The position numbers were made by a program, and so were the translations under genes. The notes beneath the pieces were generated by a model. The model did not search any database, was not told the origin of the DNA, and saw only the letters and a list, made by a program, of their open reading frames with translations. Below, in pieces: positions 24,441 to 35,200 of a stretch of 64,000 bases of DNA (position 1 is the stretch's first letter; the number at the start of each line of letters is the position of its first letter). This stretch comes from a virus (Duplodnaviria > Caudoviricetes): positions 8,704 to 72,703 of the IMG/VR virus record IMGVR_UViG_3300032295_003392. One strand, 5' to 3'.

Positions 24441-27400
24441 TTAATTTGTATCGGGTTGTCCAACATTTATATTTGTTAATGTCTGAAGGGGGTCAATAAG
24501 ATCCGTGTCTACACACTCATATAAATATTCGAAATCCCAAGTAGATTTGAAAATGAACTTTCTGACAACATGATAAGCAAATTCATCTAACATTGGAAAA
24601 ACTGAAAAAAGATTTGTGTTATTTGCCAATTTTAACACACTTTTGAATCTATTTACCTTGGAAACTACGATTTCACCACTAATACCGAAATTTGTAAGCT
24701 CTGTATCAAATAAAAAGTTGTCGTGACTCTGTGTATAGGTGCTGACCTTGAACAATTCAATATTTCTGAATATGGGACTATATGGACCCGAGTGTCTATA
24801 GAAAGTAAATATATTAGAGTATATTTGACTACTGTAAAACGGAATAGATGATAATGTCAAATTAGAATAATAATTTATTTTTGATGTATCTTCCAGATTA
24901 GAAGCAACCAATTGTCGTTTCGGTTTTATTAAATTTGCATTTAGTGGCACTGGTTCATTGAAATAGTTTCTAAGTACTTTTATTGATGTGTTAGCATCAC
25001 TAATCCTAAATGATATTGGTTTCTTATCAATGCTCGATGGAATAGCATGGTCATATACAAATAATTTTCCCGACTCATCAATTACAACATATTTCAAATA
25101 TTGACTGAACCCATTTAAAATATTTGGATTATTGAATAACTGCCTCATGTTGACCGCAACAAATTTATTAAATTTTCCATCATAAATTTTATCTCTGTCT
25201 GTATTATTCAACATGCTATTATCAAATAACCAAGTTGTCCCATCTTTGATAGCCTTTGAAAAAAGCCTGTCATTCACGTAAATATTCAAAAGAATATTTT
25301 TGTATTTCTTATTTATATAGACGGTGACCCCATTATTAGCTCGGTCAATGTATTTTATGTTTGGGTCTGGAGAGGATGGCAATTCACTTTTTCTACAAAT
25401 AAAATAAGTTCCCCCCTGAGATATAATATTGTTATCTCTCATATTTGGACCGTAAGATGTATTCGTATCCAAAACGAAAGAATGTACCTTTATCCATCGA
25501 CTATCTTCTCCAGGATTTTTAATAACGGTTCTCTGTGATCCAGCATATCCAATTGCAACTGATGATAAATATACCGACTCATTGTAAAAAACATATTGAC
25601 CCTTTTGGAACCAAAAACCAACTTGTGTTGTGACCGTTGGGTAATTTGATGGAGTGCCCTCACCTACAAAAGCCGGGCCAGCGTAAACCAATACACCACT
25701 AGGTGTAAATCCAAGATTTACCGCAAAAGTGTATATAATACTATCCCATTTTATTACCTCTCTCCACTTTAATCTAGCTTCCGCTTCCACTCTTTGAGCA
25801 GCTCCAACAACCCTTCTCCAAAATACTGTTGTAGTCGTTGGTTCAAAACGGTTTCTGTCAATTGTAGACCTATAGAAATCTCCTTTGTGATAAACAATTT
25901 CATCAGTAGAATATCCTATGTAAAAGGGGTTTCTTGGTAATGTACCACCCTTTTCTCTTGGTTGGTAATAATTTGGTATCCAAAAATCCCACAAGCCTGT
26001 TATAGCACCAGCACCTGCAGGCCATTTATAAAAAAAATATTTTCCATATTTATATACCAGAGACGGGAAATTGCCAAACTCCGTCATATTATTATCGTTT
26101 ATGATAACATTTGAACCCTGTTTAAGACTATTATCAGGGAATCTCTTATTGGACAAATCTGGCCTCCAAAATATAGTAGATTGTGTGAAAAAACTCCACT
26201 CACTCCTAAACCAAGGTGTTTGTGAAAAACTCGTACCCGCCGTCACACCGGTGTTTGCTATGAATAAAGTTTCGTCAAGGATAACTAAATCTCCAGCATT
26301 ATATGAACCAATAAGATTCAAATTTGCACCAGGTGAAGCATTTTTATAATAATCAATCTGGTCCCAAACCATTACATTTTGTATTTTCTGAACATATCCA
26401 GCATTTGGTACAGTACTTACACTATATGATGTGCCAGCAGTATTGATGACTGTCGCGGGATATACATCATAATTATTTTCCGTCATGATGGCAGCAAACT
26501 TATAACCATCATACTCATCTTCATTTATAGGGTTAAAGGAACCAATCTCAAATTGTAAACCGCGAAAAACTGTTTTATTAATTTTTACCGTATTTATGTT
26601 CGTAAAAAGACCTGGTCTAAAGAAATTGGAAACATTGTTTAACCCGAATTCGTTTTTTGGTAAAAACTCAGACCATTTATGAGTATTTTTTACAATTTTT
26701 CCATTTGAAAAGAAAGATTTTTTACCAAAAAAATAAGTAAAATAATCCAAATCGTAATTTTGACCCAAATATTTGTCTAATTCAAAATTAAAATTTGGTA
26801 TTGTATGGTCCTCCACATGTAAACTATGATGTGAATAAGAACTTGTTGCAGAATTGACTGTGTAAAAATAGTCTAGATTTTTCTCAACCCTTCTCGGTGT
26901 ATATTCAAGAAAATTAGTTGTTCTATTGAATACCTGTGATTGTATCGCAAGTGTCATGTAGTATGGATAATCATTTGAATCAAGTGACCTACTAAATCCC
27001 CATTTTACAAATTTTGGGTTCTTGTTCCACAAATTTGTTAAAACTAAATTTGACAAATTACCTTTCACTTGGAAGGTTTCAAAGGTCGATGTGTATTCAG
27101 ATGATGCTGGTAAATAAACATTTTGATTACCTACTTTATACACATCAAATGTTCTATTATCTGGCCTAACGACATACAACTTAGGTTCTTCCGTACTGAT
27201 AATCTCATCTTCCTTGTCATATTCAAATTTGGCGTATTCAGTCTCAACAATGTCTGTGTCGAAATCTTTTATATCAGTAAACTGACACCTATAAATACTA
27301 AAAATAACTGGCCTGAGCGTTTGTTCAAGTAAAATTCTGAATGATTTTCTTGTTGAAGGATCTGGGTCATTTATATAATAATCAATCTTACTTTCATTTT

Positions 27401-28772
27401 GTTCGAATGCGTAGTCAGTGTGAATGCAAATAAATCCTTGTTGATTTTTCCTCAATTTGAAAAACTCACCATTAATTTTCATTATCCACATATCATATTG
27501 TTCGAAATTGTCTAAAGTAAAAGGTGTATCATCGTTTAGTTTTATTCTATTCTCATTATTCTCAAAAACTATTTTAATCTTCTCATTTAATACTTTTGGT
27601 GTGATTCTTTTACCAAAAAGATCTGTATCACTAATTATTTTATATCGGATAGTTTTATCCCTACTCACTTGATTAGAACTGATGTTACTACTCGTTTGTT
27701 GTGGCTTTGATGAAAAAGTATTACATTCAGGACACTCCCTTATCAAATATATTTTACCATCGACCTCTATAAATTTATTCAAATCATTTAGTGCAACATC
27801 ATCTACAAAAATACCACCACCAGATATTGATTCAAGAATATTATTAAATCCTATTACCACATCATCCTTTAACTTAGGAAAAACCGACACAGTAACCTCT
27901 TTTTCTAAAACAAAATTATCAAAGTAAAATCCCATATATCGATTCAAAGACCACTTCCTCAAGGTTGTTGGAGTTGCGGGCATATCATCAAATAAAAATG
28001 AAAAGTTTATAATGTGTGGATAAATTACACCAAGTGACCTATATGAATCTGTAATATAAGACTGCATATCCGAAAATGAGGTGCCCTCTAAGTCTGTCTG
28101 TTTCCGAAGATTCGAAGTCATGGTAACAAAATTAGCATCACCTGGTTGAGTTGGATATTTTATTCCAGTTATTGAAAATTTCTTTTCATAATATGATATG
28201 TTCAAAGAGTTCCTTGGAAAAAATCCATTTAATAAAATGGATTTACTAATAAAATTACCCAAAGATGTCTCAGAAAATAAATCAAATACCTTTACCACTT
28301 TCATGTTTTGTAATATCTCCGACCTAAAATTATTCTTTGTCAAATTGATATTACCAGGACCGTCTATTCTGAATATTCCGAAGAATTTTGGCATGGCCTT
28401 TTTTTCAATGTGTAAAGGAGCAAAATATTCAAATTCCTCATCAAAGTCTTTGTTGTTGGATATATTTCTAGCACCACTAAAATAAATGTCATCGTATTGC
28501 TTGAAGAAATCTTTGCCCATGTTTTTTCTATCATTCTCTGAATCATTTCTAACAGCAAATGCATTGTCTTTCAGAGTGTTTCTCCAATAATCACATAGTG
28601 CAAATTCCCAAGTTGTTAGTTTGGAAATTTCCCTTTTCTTTAGGTTTATATCGTTTAAAGCTGGTACAGAATTTATTGAATCAAAGTAAATACTACCGGA
28701 CGCACCAACAACTATTTTTACGTTGGTGGTAAGAGCTACGTTTGTTCTTAATAGAGCATGACTTTTCATCAA
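24441..28772 (-). CDS. Large (1443 aa) hypothetical protein, putative virion component
   Basis: Long ORF rich in beta-forming and aromatic residues, in the predicted late operon. Confidence 0.75.
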   Translation of the reverse strand: MMKSHALLRTNVALTTNVKIVVGASGSIYFDSINSVPALNDINLKKREISKLTTWEFALCDYWRNTLKDNAFAVRNDSENDRKNMGKDFFKQYDDIYFSGARNISNNKDFDEEFEYFAPLHIEKKAMPKFFGIFRIDGPGNINLTKNNFRSEILQNMKVVKVFDLFSETSLGNFISKSILLNGFFPRNSLNISYYEKKFSITGIKYPTQPGDANFVTMTSNLRKQTDLEGTSFSDMQSYITDSYRSLGVIYPHIINFSFLFDDMPATPTTLRKWSLNRYMGFYFDNFVLEKEVTVSVFPKLKDDVVIGFNNILESISGGGIFVDDVALNDLNKFIEVDGKIYLIRECPECNTFSSKPQQTSSNISSNQVSRDKTIRYKIISDTDLFGKRITPKVLNEKIKIVFENNENRIKLNDDTPFTLDNFEQYDMWIMKINGEFFKLRKNQQGFICIHTDYAFEQNESKIDYYINDPDPSTRKSFRILLEQTLRPVIFSIYRCQFTDIKDFDTDIVETEYAKFEYDKEDEIISTEEPKLYVVRPDNRTFDVYKVGNQNVYLPASSEYTSTFETFQVKGNLSNLVLTNLWNKNPKFVKWGFSRSLDSNDYPYYMTLAIQSQVFNRTTNFLEYTPRRVEKNLDYFYTVNSATSSYSHHSLHVEDHTIPNFNFELDKYLGQNYDLDYFTYFFGKKSFFSNGKIVKNTHKWSEFLPKNEFGLNNVSNFFRPGLFTNINTVKINKTVFRGLQFEIGSFNPINEDEYDGYKFAAIMTENNYDVYPATVINTAGTSYSVSTVPNAGYVQKIQNVMVWDQIDYYKNASPGANLNLIGSYNAGDLVILDETLFIANTGVTAGTSFSQTPWFRSEWSFFTQSTIFWRPDLSNKRFPDNSLKQGSNVIINDNNMTEFGNFPSLVYKYGKYFFYKWPAGAGAITGLWDFWIPNYYQPREKGGTLPRNPFYIGYSTDEIVYHKGDFYRSTIDRNRFEPTTTTVFWRRVVGAAQRVEAEARLKWREVIKWDSIIYTFAVNLGFTPSGVLVYAGPAFVGEGTPSNYPTVTTQVGFWFQKGQYVFYNESVYLSSVAIGYAGSQRTVIKNPGEDSRWIKVHSFVLDTNTSYGPNMRDNNIISQGGTYFICRKSELPSSPDPNIKYIDRANNGVTVYINKKYKNILLNIYVNDRLFSKAIKDGTTWLFDNSMLNNTDRDKIYDGKFNKFVAVNMRQLFNNPNILNGFSQYLKYVVIDESGKLFVYDHAIPSSIDKKPISFRISDANTSIKVLRNYFNEPVPLNANLIKPKRQLVASNLEDTSKINYYSNLTLSSIPFYSSQIYSNIFTFYRHSGPYSPIFRNIELFKVSTYTQSHDNFLFDTELTNFGISGEIVVSKVNRFKSVLKLANNTNLFSVFPMLDEFAYHVVRKFIFKSTWDFEYLYECVDTDLIDPLQTLTNINVGQPDTN

Positions 28773-28800
28773 TTTTATTTATTTTATTTCTAAATTATAT

Positions 28801-31800
28801 TTAAGCCGTATTAGTGACCACAGCTGGTCTCGCAATAGGACCAGATGTTTGAGATAGAATCGTTTTAGCTCTCTTCAATGTAAACTGTAGGGTAAACACA
28901 AAAGGTTTATTCTCAGACTCATTTTCCATCAAAAATTTAACTTTTTTAACATGTGTTGCAAAAACACTATTACCATTCAAGTTAACAAATTCATTTCCGG
29001 TTAAAGATGGGTCCAAACTATTCATCTTAAAATAAACATTAATCGGTAGAGCAACATCGTTCTGCGAACCAGGGTTAATTGTTCTCAATTTAGATGAGTT
29101 TGTCTCTTGAATATTATCCAATCTGTAAAGCTCAGGGTGAATTGTAGTCAATAGTTTAACCGTCGATGCCACCGTAGGTGCACCACTCTCAATCCATTTA
29201 GAAGCATCAAATAGGGATTTATTATTCCCAACAAAAGTTAATATTTCGTTTTCCTGATAACCCAAATTAAAGGTTTCGGAAGAAAGTGTGCTTATTAGTG
29301 AATTGGTATTATCATCCTCAAAATTATTAGCTATGTTCTGAGCCAACTTAACAACACTTGTCTGGTCTATATTATCGTAGTTAACAGACCAAACAAATTG
29401 ATTATCTAGTTGTGTTCTAGAAACACCAGATGTATCAGAGGTCAATAGTTGATTTTGTTGGTCGACAAAGAAAACCTGTGGTGAGCTACCATTATAAACC
29501 TCAGCATTAGTCGATGAGTTATAATTCCTGTTGGATAATAATCCAATCGGAGAGTCAGCAGAATTGTTTTTTATTCTCACAATGTAATCCTTGATAACAT
29601 AAATCTGATTCTTATAGACACGTCCCGTTGGAACATTTGTAGCTGTATATTCTTCCAAATAATCTTCTAGCTCAATATTTATATTAGTAGTTGAACCACT
29701 GTTAATTATCAACTCTGAACTCGGACCAACCAAAATCACTTGGAGTACTCCTTTCGCCATAGCAACTTTTTCTTCTAATACTTTTAATCTACTTTCTAAA
29801 GTCTGTAAATATGAAAATAAGTCGAGACCATTCCCGTTCGCATCTTTGAATAAAGACAATATCCTATCACTAGAGTGATAATAGACCTGTCCGTTCAATT
29901 CAGTTGTATCAGATAAGTGTTCATCTATTCCCTTCGCGGAAAGTTCAGAGTCTAATGAAATTTTCAAACTTTCTTTATCCGCGGCTTTTAAAATGAAATC
30001 ATTTTCGTTGACTACGTTGTTTAGATTATCTGGGAAATCAATCGTCAGTGTCTGACTAAATTCAGACTCTAACGCAGACTCAGGCCAACCAACCTCGGAG
30101 ATAGATGCAATCCTAATTTCTAATCTTTCATTAGCCTGTATAGCCAAATCAAGTTGATTGATATTTGGTGTTTCAGCATTGGAAACATCTTGTATTTCCC
30201 AATAATAATCACCCGTTGATTTATCTTGAACTCTTTTCCTCGCATCGGTTTTGAACTCATTCCAATTAGCAAAAGCTGCTATCTTTGTCTGATTGTCAAC
30301 ATTTGTTATCTTGAATGATTCAACCGGTGTTTCCGTCCCATCCTTTGCTAAATATCTATATTGTACTCTAAATTGAACAACCTCTTGTGGTTTTGAACCT
30401 CTAACATTTTGGAGTTCTGGGAAATCCCAAAAACCCCTCAATCTAAATTTTGGTTCAACTTTCGTAACTGGACCATTTGATATTGCTATGATTCTATTAT
30501 TCGTGGAACTTAATAGTTTCGTCTGGCTTTCTTTTGTCCTAACTAACTCATCTAGTTCACTATTAGCTTGTCTTCTCTGTGACTCTGATTCGAAGTTAGC
30601 ACTCCTCAGTTGTTGATTTTTTTGTCTGATGTTTTCTTCGAGATTTGTAACCTCAGATTTTATACTGATTGTCTGTGAGTGTAATCTTTTTAAAGTATCG
30701 GTATCGGGTGTATTAGTCAAATGTTGATTAATCTGTACTACTTTAAAATTATCCGATACAAGTGTCGGAGGTAAAGGAGGAGAAGAGAATTTATTTGGTA
30801 ACTTTTTAGCTACCATTTCTTCCAAAACGAGACCATAATCATAGACTTGTTCTGTATAGAACTCGTCCATAGTGACCCCACTCGCAACGTCCGTTAAATT
30901 TCTTGTGTAGAAACCAACACCCGTACTCCAGTTTTTCGAAAGAATATAGTTATCCATGTTGAGAGCTTTAATGAATACTAAATTCCTCTCATCGTAACCT
31001 ACACTTATCTTCACCCTTTTATTGTAAATAACAGGAGAGTAAACTTTCATAGTATTGATACCAACAGGTATTGGCTCTAAACCCTCAACTCTCTCAAACC
31101 TCAACTTTGGACTCGCATCCACCGTTGAAATTTCTATGATTCTATATCTTGTGCTAGTTACTGGTGTGTTTATTATCAACTCATCCCCAACAATAAGTTC
31201 TCTACTCTCAGTTAAAATTGTATCAGAAACTTTTGTTTTCTTAGCATATGATAATGTGTTGACATAATAAAAAAGTTTTCTGTTTAATGTGTCTTCCTCT
31301 ACTCTTAGAATCGAAAAATACCCGTCTGTCTCCAAATAGTTTGGTTCCAAATCGAACATCTGTTCATCATAATTCGGATCTTCAGGATTCACTAAACCTG
31401 GTGTGTTTGTATGCCATATTAAATATTCATCAAGAGTAAATCCAGTTTGATTATTGAATTTAGTATTGAAACTATTTATAGCCGCCAGAGCACCCGTAGT
31501 GAACTCCCCATCAATAGTCTTTTCGAATTCAGGAATATACCTTCTGCACAGAATTTTTCTTACGTTGTTTTCTATTTTTCCAGATAAGTCAAGCTCAACA
31601 TACAAACTTGGATTCAATAATCCATCAAAAAACCAGTTTTTTGAAGAGGAAAACTGAGTGATGGGTGTAAGGTTGTTTAAGTCATTTGGTTCACGATTTA
31701 AATCAACAGTGACTATTTTTCTAAATTTAGTTCCATCTGTTGGCTGAATTAAAGCACCAGAATCATTTATACTATAAATTGAATTAATATTGTTATTCAA

Positions 31801-32001
31801 TCTATCAATTTCCTTCTTTAAATAACCAAAAGATGGTAAAGTGAATTCTTGTGCGATACCAGACTGGTCTGTTATCATTAGAGTTATAGTATTTTCTTGA
31901 CCAGAGACAAGCGTTGTTATGTTAGACAAAAGTTCAACAACAGTGTTATTATAATTTATTACCTGTTCCGCTATTTTATGATATGAGCTATTTATAGCCA
32001 T
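28801..32001 (-). CDS. Large (1066 aa) hypothetical protein, putative virion component
   Basis: Long ORF with a central coiled coil; first gene after TAATATATA. Confidence 0.75.
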   Translation of the reverse strand: MAINSSYHKIAEQVINYNNTVVELLSNITTLVSGQENTITLMITDQSGIAQEFTLPSFGYLKKEIDRLNNNINSIYSINDSGALIQPTDGTKFRKIVTVDLNREPNDLNNLTPITQFSSSKNWFFDGLLNPSLYVELDLSGKIENNVRKILCRRYIPEFEKTIDGEFTTGALAAINSFNTKFNNQTGFTLDEYLIWHTNTPGLVNPEDPNYDEQMFDLEPNYLETDGYFSILRVEEDTLNRKLFYYVNTLSYAKKTKVSDTILTESRELIVGDELIINTPVTSTRYRIIEISTVDASPKLRFERVEGLEPIPVGINTMKVYSPVIYNKRVKISVGYDERNLVFIKALNMDNYILSKNWSTGVGFYTRNLTDVASGVTMDEFYTEQVYDYGLVLEEMVAKKLPNKFSSPPLPPTLVSDNFKVVQINQHLTNTPDTDTLKRLHSQTISIKSEVTNLEENIRQKNQQLRSANFESESQRRQANSELDELVRTKESQTKLLSSTNNRIIAISNGPVTKVEPKFRLRGFWDFPELQNVRGSKPQEVVQFRVQYRYLAKDGTETPVESFKITNVDNQTKIAAFANWNEFKTDARKRVQDKSTGDYYWEIQDVSNAETPNINQLDLAIQANERLEIRIASISEVGWPESALESEFSQTLTIDFPDNLNNVVNENDFILKAADKESLKISLDSELSAKGIDEHLSDTTELNGQVYYHSSDRILSLFKDANGNGLDLFSYLQTLESRLKVLEEKVAMAKGVLQVILVGPSSELIINSGSTTNINIELEDYLEEYTATNVPTGRVYKNQIYVIKDYIVRIKNNSADSPIGLLSNRNYNSSTNAEVYNGSSPQVFFVDQQNQLLTSDTSGVSRTQLDNQFVWSVNYDNIDQTSVVKLAQNIANNFEDDNTNSLISTLSSETFNLGYQENEILTFVGNNKSLFDASKWIESGAPTVASTVKLLTTIHPELYRLDNIQETNSSKLRTINPGSQNDVALPINVYFKMNSLDPSLTGNEFVNLNGNSVFATHVKKVKFLMENESENKPFVFTLQFTLKRAKTILSQTSGPIARPAVVTNTA

Positions 32002-32026
32002 TATTTTGACTTATTTTTTTATTGAA

Positions 32027-32035
32027 TATATATTA
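32027..32035 (-). promoter_or_regulatory. TAATATATA motif (candidate late promoter)
   Basis: Exact 9-mer 25 nt before the ATG. Confidence 0.6.
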
Positions 32036-32048
32036 ATATCGGATTTTC

Positions 32049-33923
32049 TCAATTAGAATTGATTGAATTCCAATCATAACTATATTCATTATTTTTCTTA
32101 CCCATTATGTAATTCACAGCACACTCATCATCACCAAATAGACTAGGTGCTAATAGAGGAAATTGTGGATTAAAGTTGTAAGCCCAGTCCTCAAAACCAA
32201 GCTCTTTGAATCTTTGTTTTATTCTTTCATTGTAAAATGCACTTATTGACTTTACCCTTCTTTGAATATCTGACCTTGTAGCATTCTGTGTATTTGAATT
32301 GTGGTAAAATTGCAGATAAAGTAATTTTGGTATTCTGACCATTTTTGTGTGTAAAAAAGTTCTGACAATCAATTCATAATCATCAGCTATAGATAATCTC
32401 CTATTGTGACCACCGATAGAATGATAGAAAAACCTTTCCCACGCTCTAAAATGGTTAGGAACACCAACAATGTGTCTAATGGTCTTTGGATTTATACCCG
32501 AGGTGTTTACTGTTTTATACGTCCTTCCGTTCCATACCTCATCCCTGTAACTACCATAATCAAATGAAAAAGAATCACCATAAGTAAGTGAGTTATGATT
32601 CTCATCTATCTCAGCAAAATCTGAATAAACAAATTTACAATCGGGATACTTTTGAAAAGCCTCAACCATTAATTGCAAAGCATCCGGTAATAAATAGTCA
32701 TCATGGTCAAACTCCATCAGATAAATACCATCACATAAACAAGCTGCTCTATACTTTGATTCTCCCACAATACCACCAGTCTTTTTATGGAAATCATAAA
32801 CCTTAACTCTACAATCCATTCTTGATATTGTTTCAGCAATTTTCAAAGTTACACCCTCATCATTTGAGTCATTAACCATAACCCACTCCCAGTTAGAATA
32901 AGTTTGATTCCTAATGGACTCGTAAGCCCTCCACAGTTTTTCCCCAGTGTTATAAATGGGTGTAAATAAACTTACAAGTGGGTTTTCTTTATAATGAGGA
33001 TTCAAAATATAGTTAGAACCACAGAAATATGATATATCACCCAAGTCTGGTTGTAAGCCACCAAAATGAATCCATCTTTTTCTAATATCGAAATGTTTGT
33101 TATTTAATTTTTCGAAATCATTGAAATCCTTACCTATAGTCAGAATAGCATCAGGGTCAAAATCCTTAATAGTTGAATCCAAATCCGAATCATCTACCTT
33201 TTTTAAAACATTCAATTCTTTTGATTCGAAACTAGCTGAGGACAATGTCTCCAAAACTAGATCGGACTCATCTCCAATCATCAATATTCTCGGTAGGAAT
33301 CTTCTATTCGGCTTTTTAACCTGTTGAAAATAATTGTAATAACACAAAACTTTATCAATAAAAAAGAAATCTTCTTTATTTTTATTGAATAGAGATTCAA
33401 TAAACATTCCATCACCCACATAATAACCATTAGGAATTCTCTCATCCGCAATGAGGTCCCTTTTCAATAAAAACTGAGCCATATCGATTCTGCTCACTTT
33501 CACATTATCTGGACTAGCATATCTTATATCCTCACCGGTAAAATCAATCCCTCCGATTTTTTGACTGAATATCAAACCAGATTTATCTGGATTCTCCTTT
33601 ATAATTTTATAGATTTCATTGAAGAAATCTTCATGTATAATATTGTCATCATCAAGTACATATATCCAACCATCTTCAATTGAATCAATACATTTATTTA
33701 TCATCTGGTGTCCATGGTCACCTGACTCTGATTTTTCATAACTTATTTTAACATTCAGATTGGACAATTCGACCAAAGTTTCCATTTTTACCTCCGAAAC
33801 TTTTTCAATATCAAATATGATATACCAATTGATATCAAATAGATTGGTGTTGAAAATACCCTTTGAAATCTCCAAAAGGTTATTTTGTCTTGAACACCTT
33901 GTTATAAAATTAATTTTTTCCAT
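32049..33923 (-). CDS. Tandem two-domain GT-A (GT2-like) glycosyltransferase
   Basis: N-domain WIYVLDDDNI; C-domain VSLFTPIYNT...EWVMVNDSN...MEFDHDD...ADDYEL. Start placed at MEKIN. Confidence 0.85.
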   Translation of the reverse strand: MEKINFITRCSRQNNLLEISKGIFNTNLFDINWYIIFDIEKVSEVKMETLVELSNLNVKISYEKSESGDHGHQMINKCIDSIEDGWIYVLDDDNIIHEDFFNEIYKIIKENPDKSGLIFSQKIGGIDFTGEDIRYASPDNVKVSRIDMAQFLLKRDLIADERIPNGYYVGDGMFIESLFNKNKEDFFFIDKVLCYYNYFQQVKKPNRRFLPRILMIGDESDLVLETLSSASFESKELNVLKKVDDSDLDSTIKDFDPDAILTIGKDFNDFEKLNNKHFDIRKRWIHFGGLQPDLGDISYFCGSNYILNPHYKENPLVSLFTPIYNTGEKLWRAYESIRNQTYSNWEWVMVNDSNDEGVTLKIAETISRMDCRVKVYDFHKKTGGIVGESKYRAACLCDGIYLMEFDHDDYLLPDALQLMVEAFQKYPDCKFVYSDFAEIDENHNSLTYGDSFSFDYGSYRDEVWNGRTYKTVNTSGINPKTIRHIVGVPNHFRAWERFFYHSIGGHNRRLSIADDYELIVRTFLHTKMVRIPKLLYLQFYHNSNTQNATRSDIQRRVKSISAFYNERIKQRFKELGFEDWAYNFNPQFPLLAPSLFGDDECAVNYIMGKKNNEYSYDWNSINSN

Positions 33924-33992
33924 ATTATTTTTATTTTCCTTAGTCCTTTTGTTGTTTTTTATTATCTTTGTAAAAATATTATTGTACCACGA

Positions 33993-34018
33993 AACTTTGG
34001 TCGATATATACCATATAA
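33993..34018 (+). promoter_or_regulatory. Candidate AAC-N18-TATAA promoter upstream of the sigma gene
   Basis: AACTTTGGTCGATATATACCATATAA. Confidence 0.4.
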
Positions 34019-34089
34019 TACTGGTATAGTTTTTGTATACATTAAACGGCAATAAAAAGCAAATAAATTAAAAAATAAACGGAAATAAC

Positions 34090-34698
34090 ATGTTCATGTC
34101 TAACACAATCAAATCATTCTCTGACCACGAAACGTATTTCAAGGAGAGAACCGGAAATGACTTCTCATTCTTCTATAAGAAGTATTACCCAAAACTAATC
34201 TACTACACTTCAAAAATGTGTGGTGACCAACAAAAAGCCGAAGATATCACAACCGAATCCTTCATGACGGCTTTCGAAAAAATTGACAAGTATGAAAAAG
34301 AAAAAGCACAGTTTTCAACTTGGTTATTTACTATCGCTAGGAACATAGTTCTACAAGACATCAAATCTTCCAAGAAAACCATATCAATCGATACAGAATA
34401 TGATGAAGATGGAACAACCTTGAAAGACTTTATCCAAGAGGACCAGCATGAAAGCAGTATCTTTGAACTCAGTGAGAAAAAAGCTGAAATAATGAAGGAC
34501 CAAATTTCCAAACTCAAAGACCCTTATAAAAAGGTCATTGAAATGAGGGAACTTAAAAAAATGTCTTATAAAGACATAGCTGATGAACTAGGTAAGAACC
34601 TCTCTACTGTCAAAAGTCAAATACGAAATGGTAGGTTAATATTGATTAACAAAACCAAAAAAGATTTTGATATATTAGATGAAACATATCTAAATTAA
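34090..34698 (+). CDS. ECF-type sigma-70 family sigma factor
   Basis: Region 2 (AEDITTESFMTAF...FSTWLFTIARN) and region 4 (MSYKDIADELGKNLSTVKSQIRNGR). Confidence 0.9.
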   Translation: MFMSNTIKSFSDHETYFKERTGNDFSFFYKKYYPKLIYYTSKMCGDQQKAEDITTESFMTAFEKIDKYEKEKAQFSTWLFTIARNIVLQDIKSSKKTISIDTEYDEDGTTLKDFIQEDQHESSIFELSEKKAEIMKDQISKLKDPYKKVIEMRELKKMSYKDIADELGKNLSTVKSQIRNGRLILINKTKKDFDILDETYLN

Positions 34699-34713
34699 AA
34701 AAATAGAAATATT

Positions 34714-35037
34714 ATGATACACACTGCTCTTTTAAATGGAGAAAATTTCGAACAAGTAACTAGTGAAAAGGATTTACTATTGGTCTATATAACAGCACCA
34801 TGGTGTGGTCCTTGTAAAATGTTGTCACCAGTGGTCGACACAATTTGTGATGAAATGGATTCCAAAATCACCTTAGCTAAAATTGATGCTGATGAAAATA
34901 TGGAACTAGTTAAAAGTCTAAACGTCAGGAATATCCCAACCTTACTTTTCTATAAGAAAGGTGAGGTAGTTGAGAGAACCACTGGAGTCAAGACAAAGTC
35001 TGAATTGTCTAAGATTATTGATACGATCTTATCATAA
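34714..35037 (+). CDS. trxA: Thioredoxin
   Basis: WCGPC active site and cis-Pro loop NIPTLL. Confidence 0.93.
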   Translation: MIHTALLNGENFEQVTSEKDLLLVYITAPWCGPCKMLSPVVDTICDEMDSKITLAKIDADENMELVKSLNVRNIPTLLFYKKGEVVERTTGVKTKSELSKIIDTILS

Positions 35038-35055
35038 ATATAAATCAATAAAACC

Positions 35056-35196
35056 TTGGAAACACTAATAACAGATTTACACAAACTAATAAGAAATAAT
35101 TGGAAAACAATTTTCATAATCGCTCTTATTTTTTATTTCACTCAGAACTATTCGGATATTAAACAAGGTATACAGGATGGGTGGACCAATAAATAG
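35056..35196 (+). CDS. 46-aa single-pass membrane peptide (not in the ORF track)
   Basis: TTG start; (M)ETLITDLHKLIRNNWKTIFIIALIFYFTQNYSDIKQGIQDGWTNK; fills the intergenic gap. Confidence 0.55.
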   Translation: METLITDLHKLIRNNWKTIFIIALIFYFTQNYSDIKQGIQDGWTNK

Positions 35197-35200
35197 AAGG

